A DNA stretch of 64,000 nt from Vicugna vicugna (lineage: Eukaryota): positions 221,038 through 285,037 of the forward strand of contig MU058233.1 of assembly GCA_013265495.1 (NCBI GenBank), read 5' to 3'. Each line of letters starts with the position of its first letter. The stretch's first letter is position 1. Of the stretch, positions 1 through 13,200 are shown one piece after another. The notes below the pieces were generated by a model. It did not search any database, was not told the origin of the DNA, and worked only from the letters and a program-made list of their open reading frames with translations. A program made the position numbers and the translations under genes.

Positions 1-1172
1 GTGGATTGTTACTATCTTGAATAGTGCCTCTAACATGGCTCTTTCGGGGTCCTTCTGCGTAGCGTTTGTTATTTTGACCACATATTTTATTGACGTACGA
101 CACACACGCAGAGAAGCTCACGCATCACAGGGGCACAGCTCACAGTGTTGTCGCCTTGCTGCGTGTAACACTGTGCGGAACAGCGTTTGAACAGGAACCT
201 GGGCCCAGGTTTCTGATCGCTCCCCTGGACAGACTCACGGGAGTGGGAAACAGTGAGGTCAGAGGGCATGAACTTGAGAGCTGTTTAGCTTTTCCTACTG
301 GTTTCCAAAAAGTTAAGCCTGTTTCTGCCATCGCCTGCAGTGTAGAGGGTGTTTGACATTGTATTTGTCCAAATTACGGTCTTTAGGAGGCTGCTGTGGT
401 GACGGAGGACCGCTGTGCGCTGGCTCCTGCAGGTGCTCAGCACGCGGGCGCTTTGCGAGCCCTTGGCAGTGTTTCGTGTGTGAAGCCGTTGTCCGCGTGG
501 CTGGGGATTGTCTGATCAGTTGGAGGGAGCCCTTTTCACAGGAAGTCTGGCAGTCTTTTACTGTACCTTTTGAACTTTTTGTTTATTCGCTGTTTTGTGT
601 ATTTGTGTATCATATTCAGCAGTTATTTCCATCAAATGTATTTTTAGATTTTCATTTATTAATATATAGGTTTTACTGTATGTTTATTAGATTATTTGGG
701 GAATATTTGTTCTTCTACGAGTAGAAGTTGAGTTTCTTCATTTAAAAAATTTTCGTCTTACTCTATAAAGAAAATACCTTATACCTTATATCAGTAATGG
801 ACCATCATTATTAGTTTTAGGGAAAAAGAAATGTGCTTTTAGAAAATACATCCTTTTCCCAAGGAGTTATTTAAAGCCAGGAAGAGGAACACACTTCTGA
901 CCCTTGAAGGGCACATGTGTGAGCTGCACGGGTCCACGTGGACGTGGATGCTTCAGCAGCGAACACTGCAGTCCCGCACAGCCCACGGCGGGTGGGGCTG
1001 CGGGTGTGGAGGGACCCCGCGTGGTGGGGCTGTGAGTTATACAGAGTCCATGCCCCTAACCCCCAAGCTGTCCACGGTCGGCTGTGTGCGGAGTGGCCCG
1101 TTCCTGATCGTGTTTTCTTCCCAGCTGACACTGTTGGTGTAAAGTAACCTTTCTTCCTGCAATCCTTTCCAG

Positions 1173-1280
1173 CTGAATTACCCTTGATTGACCTGATGAA
1201 GTTGTATGAAGGTGCATTTCTGCCAAATTTCCAGTGGCCCCAACCTAAACCTGACAGTGAGGAGACCAGTGAAGAAGAAG
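1173..1280 (+). CDS. EP400: EP400 window exon 1 ([36 protein letters not shown])
   Basis: tttccAG acceptor, GTctgt donor, 108 nt, phase 1-1. Confidence 0.93.
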
Positions 1281-4200
1281 GTCTGTTTTAACATCTTTCA
1301 AGAATTCAGCTATAAAACGGAAGCCATAATACTTAGACGGAGGGTGCTTAAAGCAGAGTTTAAAAATTACCTTCGTTTCTCTCAGTCTGGTGAAGGAAAA
1401 AGCTGAAGATGTATTGTATGTGTGATTTTCTGTTGAATAGCTTTGTTGCGTTCTGTGCTTTTTGCTTTTACTGACGAACGTGGCATCTATCAGAGCACTT
1501 GGTCCAGTTGTGGACAGTGTGGACACGTTTCCCCAGAGTCACGAGAGTCATTGTCGATGGACTAGATGTTACGTATTTGTTCAGGCTGTGCCCTGTTTAT
1601 TCAACGCGCCTGTTTGAAGGGGTTCGTTTTACTTTATGAGATGTTCCAAGCAGGTACACAGGCTGCACCAGACAGGACCTGCTTGCTCTTGTTTCCACTG
1701 CACTTGTTCTGGTCATCAGACTGGCCGCCGGCGGGCAGGGCGCGGTGGGAGGGGCCCAGGAGAGTCGTGTGGGGAGGCCGGGGCTCTCAGGACCCCGCGC
1801 TGCGGCAGGGCTGGAGGAGGGCCGTCAGCCCCTCACTTGCCTAGACCGGGAGGTGCTTCTCGTTCTTCCTTCCTTGGCGGTGGAGGGCAGTCACTAAAGC
1901 CTTCAACGGCCACAGGCCTGTTGGTGACACTGGCTCCTGGCTGCTGCACGGGCCTTCTCCAGTTCTGCCTGAGGGCTTTCCAGAGTGGTGCTACATGCGA
2001 TGGTTTCCTAACATAAAGAGTTGCTACCAGTTTATCTGGATGGCGCTGTAAGCTATACAAAGTAGGTTAAAAACAAAAGAATTACTGCTTAATTCTGTAT
2101 GTGAAATATTTGAGTTCTGTCAACTTCCCTCCCCCCCCCCATCAAGTGGGCTCGTAATACCCTCACGGCTGTCTCGAATCCCACGAACCCCGGTTCTCGC
2201 TTGTTGGCAGAAGCGGAAGCCTGCTCAGGTGACCGGGAGAGCCGGAAGGGTGTGGTTCTCATCGACTCTTTGTTCATCATGGACCAGTTCAAAGCCGCTG
2301 AGAGAGTGAACGTTGGGAAGCCTCACACGAAGGACATCGCGGAAGTGACCGCTGTGGCTGAAGCCATCCTGCCCAAGGGCAGTGCCCGGATCAGCACCGC
2401 GGTGAGGCGCTGCACTTCACGCGAGGGTGGTGTCTCTGTGAGGCAGGGGAAGGCTTCCTGCTTCCAGAAAAGCTCTTTATCCCAATTGCGGAAGTTGTCA
2501 GGAAAAACCCATGCAGCTTATCTTTCCTGTGACCCGTGAATGATTTTGCGGCTTTCCAGGGGGTCTGTCTGTCACGTGACTGGTCTGCGCTCATGGAGGG
2601 GGGAAGCGCGCTGCTGGCTGTTTTGAGGGGTGCTCACGGGGCCCGTCTGTCCGTGCAGGCGAAGCTGAGCGCCCCGGCCCTGTTGTACGGCGCGCTCCGG
2701 GACTACCAGAAGATCGGCCTGGACTGGCTGGCCAAACTCTACCGGAAGAATCTCAACGGCATCCTGGCTGACGACGCCGGGCTGGGCAAAACCGTGCAGA
2801 TCATTGCTTTCTTTGCCCACCTCGCTTGTAACGAAGGTGAGAGCTTGTCATTTTTTGAACCGTTTGTGTTTGCTGAGACTGAGCTGTAGGCGGCGAATCT
2901 GGCATGAGGGTGGGGAGCGGCTTTCTATCTCCGCTCACTTGCCCCGGCCAGGCCCCGAGAGCAAGGGCCCCCGCCACCTCCCCTGTGCAGTGACGCCTGC
3001 CCTCCTGTCTCTCCACTGGATGCCACCCCTGCCACCGTGTCTTTGCTGCTCAGGTTCCGTGGGCAGCGGCCTGGAGCCCTGCGAGGGCTCGGCAGCTGAG
3101 CAGCAGCAGAGGGGTGGGCTGCCAGCTACCTGCCGGCTGCCCCCTCACCCCTTGGCTCTCAGGGCTCATGCGGTGTTCAGCCCCCACTCACTGCCTTCCG
3201 CTCGGCCTGTGGGTCGGGGTCGCCTGGTCCCCATCCTGCACCTGTGGTGCCTGTGTCTCTAGTGCAGAACAGGGTCTTGGAGGCTTCCTCTTGCAGGGGG
3301 AGCGTTTGATAGCATTCTGCTCCGGACTCACGCTTCAGTCAGCTCCCGGAGACACACGGACACGCCACCTCCCTCTGCACCATTGGAGCTTTGGAAGTGA
3401 GGAGGGCCTGTCTGACTCCGGACGGAGTTGGCACCCTGAGTAGGTTGGATGGAAGCAAGTGAAGTTCAGTAGCCTTGTGAGCTCCAGAAATGAAGAGGGG
3501 AGTTATTTGGTTCTGAAAGCTTCTTTTGCTTGGCTGTTAGTTTTAATACGAATGGATCAGCTTTGGTGCCTTGTTTCTTGTATTAATATGTTTCTGCTTT
3601 TGAGCCAGTCTGACTGTTCAGTGTAGTACTTTAAAATGGGTTTTAATGTATTTGGTTATCACAAGATGAAAAGAACCACCTTGCCTGCTATTTTATTGTT
3701 CAAGTGAAAAGGTATTCATTACTATATAATACTAAGAAATTGGAAGCAGCCTTCACCTCTAAAAACAGGGCATCTTACTTCGTTAATTGGGTGAATGAGT
3801 GAGTCAGGTGTTCCTTCTTCATGACTTGCCTGGCCCCTGCCCCCTTCCGGGCACTGTTCTGGGCACTGAGGGTACTCCACGACCAGAACACATGCCCCCT
3901 TGGAGGCCCACACCGGGCACGGTGAGTCCGTGATGCGGACTCGGCCCGTAGGGAGTGGCGTGGCGGCTCTGAGCAGGCGCATCCAGGGTGGCCTGTCATG
4001 GGGTACGTGGGCCAAGGCCTGGACAGCCGTGGCGCGGGCAGCAGGGTCTTGGGGAGAGGAGGCGGTGGGTGCGGAGGTGAGCGGGTAGCCGCTGTGTCCA
4101 TGGGGCAGCTTGGTGGCAAGAGGACGAGGGCCAGGAGGGTTGTCGGCTGACTGTGGGGGGGGGTCCTCGCCGGCTGCGGGGCCTGGCTCTTCCTCATGAG

Positions 4201-7200
4201 AGATCTGCTTGGTGCCAGTCTGAGGAGTCACTCGGTGGACTCCACCGGGGCAGACCTGGAGGGCCTGCCGCCGGGCAGCTGGCTGTGTTGGGACGGCGGG
4301 GCTGATGCACTGGCTCTGAAGGACGAGGCCCGTGTGCCGCCTGCTCCACTTCCAGACATGCATGCACTGCAGACACCACACCTGTGTGTCCCCTGGAACG
4401 TGGCTCCTTGTCTGTCCCCCATCCCGTGCGGCCACTGTCCTCGGGTTCCTCATCGCTGTGTAACCGTCAAACCAGACTCCCTGGTGCTTCAGGTGTAGTG
4501 GGACTCACTCCAGGAGACTTGTTCACACAGTGAAAGTCGCTCACAAACTCACTGTTTTCTTTCGCTATTTAAACTTTAAAAAAAAAAAAAAGGGTAGTCT
4601 GCTGCAGTCCACCTCCTTCCATTCGCAGTGGTGGCTGCTCAGGGTGCCTGGTGTGTGCCCTGCCTTGCTTCGCCCAGGTGTTAAACAGGCGCGTTCACAA
4701 ACACACATACAGATGCTTTGTTCCTCTCCAGAAGTGGGGCAGTGTGCGAAATTGTAGTGCGAAAGAAAATCCTGCCTCTCACTGGGGAGAACCGGCTCCT
4801 GGGGTTGACCAGCACTTCCCTACTCGTGAGGTGGTCCCTTTGAGTGACTTTATTTTCTGTTGGTACTCTTTCCTTCGTGAAGTTTCTGTCCACTTGTCCA
4901 TTTTGCTCTTGGGTGGTTCTCTTTATTTACTGAAGTATAGTTGACTTTCTGTATTGTGTTAGTTTTAGGGGCAAAGCAAAGTGATTCCGTGTTATGTACA
5001 TACACATTTTTATTTTCAGATTGTTTTCCGTTATGGGTTATTACAAGATGCTGGGTATAGTTCTCTGTGCTGGGCAGTAGGACCTTGCTGCTTGTCTGTT
5101 GTGTGTGCAGTAGTTGTAGCTGCCGATTCCAGACTCCTCATTTGTCCCCTCTTCCCTTTGGTAACCGTCAGTTTGTTTTTTGTGTCTATGAGCCTGTTTT
5201 GTATGTAGATCCATTTGTTTTATTTTTTAGGTTCCACATGTAAGTGATATCATATGGTGTTTGTCTTTGTCTGACTTTCTTCACCCAGTATAATGATCTC
5301 CATGTCCATCCATGTTGCTGTGAATGGCAATGCTTTATTCTTTTTTATGGCTGAGTAGTAGTCCAGTGTATAAATACACTGTGTCATCTGTATCCAGTCC
5401 TCTGTTGATGGGCATTTAAGTTGCTTCCGTGTCTTGGCTACTGTGAATAGTGCTGGCGTGAACACTGGGGTGTGTGTGTCTTCTCAAAGCAGAGCTTTCT
5501 CTGCTGGGACTGGGATTGCTGGAGTATATGGTAGTTCTGTTTTCAGTTTTTTTAAGGAATCTCCATACTGTTTTCTGTAGTGACTGCACCAAACTTCGTT
5601 CCTACCCACAGTGTAAGAGGGTTCCCTTTTCTCCACACCCTGTCCAGCACATGTTGTTTATTGACTTTTTGGTGATGGCCATTCTGACTGGTGAGGTGAT
5701 ACCTCGTTGTCGTTTTGATTTGCATGTTTCTGATAATTAGCGATATTGACGTCTTGTATTTGCCCGTTGGCCATCTGTATGTCTTCTTTGGAGAGACGTC
5801 AGTTTAGGTCTTCTGCCCATTTTTTGATTGGATTGCTTTTTCGTTGTTGAGTTGTGTGAGCAGTTTGTATATTTTGGATGTTAACCCCTTATTGATTACA
5901 TTGTTTGCGAATATTTTCTTCTGTTTTGGGTGGTTATAATACAGCAGTTGAAATTTGTGTGTGTGTTAATCTAATAATTTTTTAAAAACCCTCATTTTTC
6001 TGAAAAATGAAACTGAAAGTACCCTGGGATGGTCGGGTGCGTTGACTGGCGGCCGGGAACCGCGATAGGCCTGGGCGTTGGGCCAGCGCCCGTACGCGGT
6101 GGTGCGCCGTGGGCCATGCTGGCTGGGGGGGCTCGGGCAGGTGCAGGGCCCAGGGCTCGTGGGTGGAGGGGACCTTCAGTCTGGGTGCTCTCCTCCCTTC
6201 TGAGCGTGGTTCGTGGTAGGTGAGTGGTCTTCCCCCTGCTTACATTAGGGGGTCACTGTGTTTTTGACTAGATACTCATTTTATTGAGAAATGACCACTG
6301 AGCAGCTCTTTCGAGTGCAGCCGCACAGGGTAGGTTGCTCTGGGGCTGCGTCATAGTGAGGCCCGAGGACGCCGGTGCCCCCGGCTGGATGCTGGCCGTG
6401 GTTGTGCGCCGGGCGCCCCCGCATGTACCTGCCACCCCGGCAGGCTGCCGTGGCCTGGACTTGTCCGGGGGTCTCACTCAAAGAGGAAACATCTGTATCT
6501 TCTTTCCTTTGAAGGCAACTGGGGCCCTCACCTGGTGGTGGTGCGGAGCTGTAACATCCTCAAGTGGGAGCTCGAGCTGAAGCGCTGGTGTCCCGGGCTG
6601 AAGGCGCTCCTGTACGTGGGCAGCCGCCGGGAGCTCAGGGCAAAGAGACAGGTGTGTCATCCTCAGCTGGAAGCACAGCTAGACAGAAAACCTGCTTAAT
6701 TTCTGCAGAAGGCAGACTCAGGACGCCAGCGCGTGCCTGTTAGTGGAATCACTGTAGATCACTCCTCTGTGGGGTTCCAGACCCTGCAGCTGTCCCTGGG
6801 CTTAGAGCCCCTCGACGTCGAGGACACCTGGTGATCCAGTCATTGCCTGCAGGGAGGGCGCAGGGTGACGGCCTCCGTCCCTGCGGGGCCCGTATTCACT
6901 TCCCAGGGAGAGAGCGAGCGTCCCCCAGAACTGAGCGGCCTCTGGACGTCCTCTTAAACAGTAGACCTGCTGATCATCACAGGCAGAAGTGAGAGATGAC
7001 GGCACAACCACGTTCCGAATTACGAATCTGTGAAGTAATCCCCGTGGAAGTGCTCGTTAGGAATATTTGTGATGGACAGGTTCCAGAGCAAATCTGGACT
7101 CTTCCCTGCCCAGTGTTTGTAGTGTAGACTGTAGGTAGAAGGATGGCGCAGATCACAGTTCTTCATTGAAGAGATTTCTCTTCTTAGACTGCATTGTGTT

Positions 7201-10200
7201 GAGTAGTGTTGACTGAAAAATCAGCACCTTGAGGTGTGTTTTTTTTAACTACCTCTGGTTACTAAGTTGCTTTTAAAAGCTTATAATGCTGTCAGTTGCT
7301 ACATCGATGTTCGCACTTCCTGTCATTTTCTGAGCATGTTTTCCCCTCACTCAGATTTCATGCTGTAAAAGCTGGTGTGTACTTTAGGGTGCCGTGTGCG
7401 AACCCTTTTCCAAAACCAGTTGTTAGTGCCCCCAGAGCAGTTTCTTAATTTGCCGACACAAGTGCTTTGGGCTCCAGGAGGGAAAGATGAGGGAGCATGC
7501 GCAGCTCCTGTGCAGGGAGAGCAGTCACTGGAGGGGCGGTGGGGGGTGCCGTGGGGGCAGGGGCACCCTGCAGTGCAGACGCCCTGCGGTGGGAGCGGAG
7601 GGCGAGGCCTGTGTCCTGTGTCCTGTGCCGCAGGAGTGGAGCGAGCCCAACAGCTTCCACGTCTGCATCACGTCCTACAAGCAGTTCTTCAGGGGCCGCG
7701 CGGCCTTCTCGCGGCTGCGGTGGAGGTGCCTGGTGGTCGACGAGATGCAGCGCGTCAAGGGCCTGACCGAGCGGCACTGGGGCGCTGTGCTCGCCCTGCA
7801 CAGGTCTGGCCACCCCACGCCGGCCTGGGTGGTGGTGTGGCCGGAAAGGCTCCCGGGGAGAAAGGGGGGCGGTGCAGACGCCCATGGCGCGGCCCGTCAG
7901 CTCCGGCCTCCCCCATCCCCCCCGCCCGCCCACCTCTGTCGTTGAGCGTTGGGTCAAAGTCACCATCCCTCGCCCGCGCACCCCCCGAGCAGGTGGCTCT
8001 GCTCCGGGCCGCCGCGTCCACGGGTTCCGACGCCGTCTCTGCTTGTGTTCAGTCAGCAGCGCCTGCTCCTCGTGGACGCGCCCCTGCACAACACCTTCCT
8101 GGAGCTGTGGACCATGGTGCACTTCCTCATCCCGGGCCTGTCCCGGCCCTACCTGCACCTGCCCCTGCGCGCGCCCAGCGAGGAGAACCAGGACTACTAC
8201 CACAAGGTGGTCATCCGGCTGCACCGGGTACGCGCGGCCCCGAGGGGCACGGCTCCCGTGAGTGTGGGGCGCGGGGCCTCGTCCGCAGAAAGGAGACCAC
8301 GGGTAGCATCCCTTTTTCAGGTGACACAGCCCTTTATTTTGAGGAGAACTAAGAGAGACGTGGAGAAGCAGCTGACCAAGAAGTATGAGCACGTTCTGAA
8401 GTGCCGCCTGTCCAGCCGGCAGAAGGCCTTGTACGAGGACGTCATCCTGCAGCCAGGGTGAGTGCGGGCGGCTGGCCCGGGCGGAGTGGAGCCTCCCGCC
8501 CCGCCCTCAGCACAGGGCGGCTTGCAGTGCTGGTTCAGAGTCGCGCAGGAGACGCCGTCTGCCTGGCAGCCTGTCTGTTCACAGCCTCACGAGGGATGTG
8601 GGGCTGAGGGCGCGGGAGGGGCAGGCTGGGTGGCCCCGCCACGCTCTGTGCTTGCTGGTGTGGGACCCAGGACCGGCAGGCCCCCTCCCGTCCTCTCTGT
8701 GGTCCCCTCCGTGACCTGTTAGACTCTCCCCATCGTGGTCTTTGTGTCCCCGAGTTCTGATAAGACAAACATACAAATGAGGGTAAAGCCTTGGAGACAC
8801 TGACTACACTCGTACTGGGTCATGATGCCTGTGCTGCCCCTCCTCGGGGGAGGCCGGAAAGTCACACGCAGGCTCACCACTTCTCCCGACTCATCCTTGC
8901 GGCCTGAGGGGCTCATCATTCTGAAGCGAGCCCCCGTTTTTCTGCACCTGGAACTGACAGGCTGCTCACCGGCTGCCCTGTGCCCACCCCTTGTGGGGGC
9001 AACACGGAGGGCGATGGTGTGACGCGGGGGACCGAGGTTCAAGGGGTGCTGTGGTGATGGGCTCCCGCACTATGACCCATGGGCACAGCCCCATATAAAA
9101 TGAGGGTAGATTCAGTGGCGCTGTGAGGGTTGTGTTGTTAAGGACAAAATTGTCAGAATAGTGCTCACCATGCTTGCTTTGTATGGTTATTTTTGGAAGA
9201 TTTTAGGACAGGAAGTAAGTGTGTATTGTTACTCCCGCGGCTTCTCAGCCTGGCCTTGATTAGCTGCTCTAACGGGCAACAGTCAGTGCGTCAGTTAAGC
9301 CCAGAATAGGAGCTGTGACAGCCCCCACCCCTGACAGCATGCCCAGTGACGAAGCGTCCTTCCTGGGTGTTGGGGATGTTCCTTGTACAGGAGCAGAAAG
9401 ACCGTACCGTCGGTCAGATGTGTCAGCAGGTACTGACTCCAGTCCACGGGGAGTGCGCTCAGTGGAGAGGGTTGCAGCTCAAGCATAGCAGGTCCCAGGC
9501 CAGTGCGTAAGGGGCTCCTGTGGAGTCAGGGCCCCCGGCTGTCCTTCACCAAGACAGCCCCGCGGCGTCCTCAGGATGCCTGCTCTGTCTCTCTCTGGTG
9601 GCGTGTTGTGGGACGTTGGTTGGCCTGCACTTGGGGGTGACGACCTCAGTCCCACTGTGAGTGGAGGGGCCTCTGGATCTGGGAGCTGCTGGTGCCCGCA
9701 CAGCTTAGGTGTTCTGTGACTCGGCTCCTGGTGGAGCGACAGGGAGAGCCTTCTCTCTGGGCCTGTCGAGTCAAGGCCCACTGCAGCTTCTGGTTCCCGA
9801 CTCCCTAGGGGCTGCCAGCATGCCTCGCTGCACGTTGATGCGAAGGTCTCGAGGTCCCGGGGGCGCTCTGAGCCTCTCTCCCGGTCAGCACCTCCCCTTC
9901 CTTTGCACAGGGACCATGTCGCACAATTCTAACGCCTTCCCCCTCTTCTCAGCACCGTTCGTCTCCGCCCTCCTTCCCAGAGAGCCCTGCAGAGCTGCCC
10001 GCGTTTGCATCACCTCCTCCTGGTCTCCATCATCAGTCCGTTCCCCCCAGGAACCTCCATTCTCAGTTTCTGCATTTGTTGCTGGTGGCTGCTCCTGTGT
10101 CTCATACAGACAGACATCTTTCGTCTTCGAGTGTCCTCCCCCTCCCTTCCCTTCTGCTCTCCGCAGACAGACCCTCTGCTTCTCTGTCTCCACCTTGCTC

Positions 10201-13200
10201 AGCCCCGTGCTGCCCAGGGCTGCTCATGGAGCTCCGTGCTCCACGGTCACCCGAGCTGACCGTGTCCTCCCGTGGCTGCTTGAGCAGTGCGGGTTCAGCA
10301 CACGCAGCACTGCTCTCACTGTGACTTCCCCAGTGTGCTTGTCCTCCAGGCTCTCCTGTCTTGGGATGTTGATGCTCCATCTGCCCGGCCTCTCGGTCAC
10401 CTCCTCATCCCTCCCTCTCCCTCCATTCTACCCGGAGCTCCTGGGTTGGTGCCCTCTGCTTTCTGACGGCCCTCAGGGCGGCCCCCCCTCATCCCGGAGG
10501 TCTGCGCTGGAACCTGGCCGCGCACCCAGCTGCAGCCTCTCTGCTTCCTGCCGGCCTTGTGCTCTCTCCCTGTACCTCGAGGGCCTTTCTTCTCCCGGGT
10601 CAGGTGACCTCACCTAGAGCTTTGCCCAATGCCGTTGCTAAGGTTGTCTTCCCCGCCGCCAGAGGGAGGTATGGACGGCTGCACCCATGTCTGGCCCATG
10701 TTATTTCAGAGGGGTGTTGTGCGGGTCAGAGGGCACGTGGAGGTGAATTGAGACCTGAGAGTTCCGACAGAACTCATTTCCTAGCTGGGTCTTGGGTGAA
10801 TGTGCCGGCTGTGATTCTGGAGTGGGGCAGGAGTACGGCAGGAGCGGGGCGGAGTCCGGCCGTGCACGCACCCATGGGTGCTCGTGTTTTCCTGGTGCAG
10901 GACCCAGGAAGCACTGAAGAGCGGGCACTTCGTGGACGTGCTGAGCATCCTCCTGAGGCTGCAGCGGATCTGCAACCACCCCGGGCTGGTGGAGCCCCGG
11001 CTCCCGGAGTCCTCGTACACGGCAGGACCGCTGCACTACCGCGCCGCCTCCCTGGTCCTGAAGGCGCGGGATGTGGACTTCTGGAAGGTAAAGAGGTTGC
11101 GGAGGGTGGGCTCTGCCTGCGGCCTGTTCAGCTGGGTCTGGGCCGCCGTCTCCGTTGACTCTCATCCTGTGTTTCGAAATCACCTGATGCCAGGCAGCGT
11201 CGAGTGGCACTTGTGACGTGCCTTCTGCTCCACCTAGAGCAGCTTTGGAATTGACCCTCAGGGACGAGCCCATAGTATGAATGCTGGGGAGGTGTTTCCT
11301 TGCGTTGCTGCGGTCGTGAGAAACAGCAGGGCGGGTGGAGTGCAGCGGTTGGAGCTGCAGGCTGGGGCCTCACAGGCGCAGGTCTGAGCCCTAGGGGGGC
11401 GCCCCTCTCCTGTGTGCATGTGCGTGCGTGCATGTGTGCACATGCACATGTGTGCGCACGTGCTGAGGGCCTGGAGTTCCCCTCGTGTCCCCGCCTTCTC
11501 GCTGACTGGGGGCTCCAGGCTGAGCATTCCCTCTAGGGGGCTGGGTAACGGTGCGCAGCCCTTGCCGGGGGTGAGGTGGACGTTGGGGATGAGCCTTGTG
11601 CTGCCCCTGCACCCAGGAGCGTGGCGCCCGCTGTTTGCTGTTTCACTCGTGTTCAGCAAACATACCGAGTGCCTGCTGGGTAGCCTCTGGGACAGCAGTG
11701 GACGAGACACGGAGAATCCTGCTCCTCTGGGCTCTTGCTCTCCCTGTTTATCCATCACTTGTTGCCGTTTTCACATGCGTGGAACGTTTTCTGCTCAGGT
11801 GCTGGTAACCATCCCTAGGTTGTGGAGATGGGATATTTTTCAGCCAAGAAAATGTACTTGTATGTTTTTCTGTGTTTGAATTTGGGAGCGATGAAAATTA
11901 TGTTTGCTGAAGTAAACTTTTTAAGGAAAGAGGTTGAGTCAGGTTGAGTGACTGTGAGCACAGTGTGCTGAGCTCCTGGGTCTCGGCGGGGCCGGGGCCT
12001 AGGGCGCCGTCTTGCCTGCTCGGGCTTCTGCATAGGACTCGGGCCCCGTATCTTGCGTGAGGAGTGAGTGTCCCCAGGGCTCTGGACACGCCACGTGCCA
12101 CCCCCCCCCACCTGCACCAGCATACTCGGGTCCCTCCCCAGCCCCTCAGGGAGGCCAGGCATCCCCCTCTGCTCAGACCAGGGTTTTCCAGCCCCCCACC
12201 ACGGCCCCTGCTGAGGCTGGTCCATCTGCCCGCCGCCTCTCCTTTCCCAGTGCCGCTCGGGATGCCCAGGCGCCGCAGTCCCACTTAGCCACAGGGCCGA
12301 GTGCCTCGAGGAGGCAGCCGCCGGGGACCTCGCCGCCCGGCGTGGGGCCCACCTTGACTCTTAGGCGTTTCTTCTACTGCCTCACGGAGCACGATTGTTT
12401 TCTTTTTCTCCGTAGGAAGCCGACCTCTCTATATTTGATCTCGTTGGTTTAGAAAATAAAATGACTCGCCACGAGGCAGAACTGCTGAGTAAGAAAAAGG
12501 TGTCACGGAAACTCTTTGAGGAACTGTTCGCCGCGCCACCCCCGCCGGGCAGGCCGGTGGCCGTCCGGCTGAAGCCCAGCAGGTGTGTGGTGGAGCGCGT
12601 CCCTCCGCTCACCGGCGGCTCTGGCTGTGAACCGGCCCCTGGGGGCTCTGGGTGACATCCCGCCTCGCCCTGCTGAAAGGGGCCCGGAGCCCCTCGGGGG
12701 GACTGGGCGCCGGCTGTGAGTTCACATAGGACCTGGGGCTGCAGCTTGTGCAGAGCGTGGTGGCTGACCTAGCTGCTGCTCCTGGGAAGTGCCCAGCACC
12801 CTGGGTTTCTGGGGTGAAGGGAGCATGAGGGCCGGGCAGCTGGGCTGCTCCCCGCTATCAGCTCTGAGCTGTGTTGGGCTGTAGGAGGGCCCTGCGTGGG
12901 GAGCAGGTCAGGCATGGGGGTCAGGTGCGTCTGGTCGGGTGTGCCGTGTGCTGGCAGCTGCGTGGCCGGCATCCGACAGCAAGGGCAGGGGGTGCGCTGT
13001 GGGAATGGGTGACGTTGGGACCCTGAGGGCTGGCAGAGGGCTCTCCCCGAGACTGCAGCATCAGGGACGTCCAAGGGACAACAGTAACAGTCATTTGCAG
13101 GTGGCACGAGGCTGGGAGGAGCAGAGCAGGTTAGAAAACACGAATGATTCAGAACAGGCTAGATCCATCGAGTGGGAGATGTGCAAAATTCCACGCTCCG

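Noticed and set aside
4981-5740. L1-derived ORFs as an active retrotransposon
   Set aside because: Only short, 5'-truncated, stop-interrupted fragments are present, with no intact ORF1 or ORF2.
7730-7760. Degenerate helicase motifs (DEMQ; QEWCDRIGR at ~26592-26620) as a sign of pseudogenisation
   Set aside because: The same non-canonical motifs are, as I recall, normal in human EP400, so they are a family feature rather than a lesion.
7445-8392. Long antisense ORFs over EP400 exons (also 35796-36512-, 32030-32524-)
   Set aside because: These are shadow ORFs, expected opposite G/C-ending codons. There is no independent evidence of coding.
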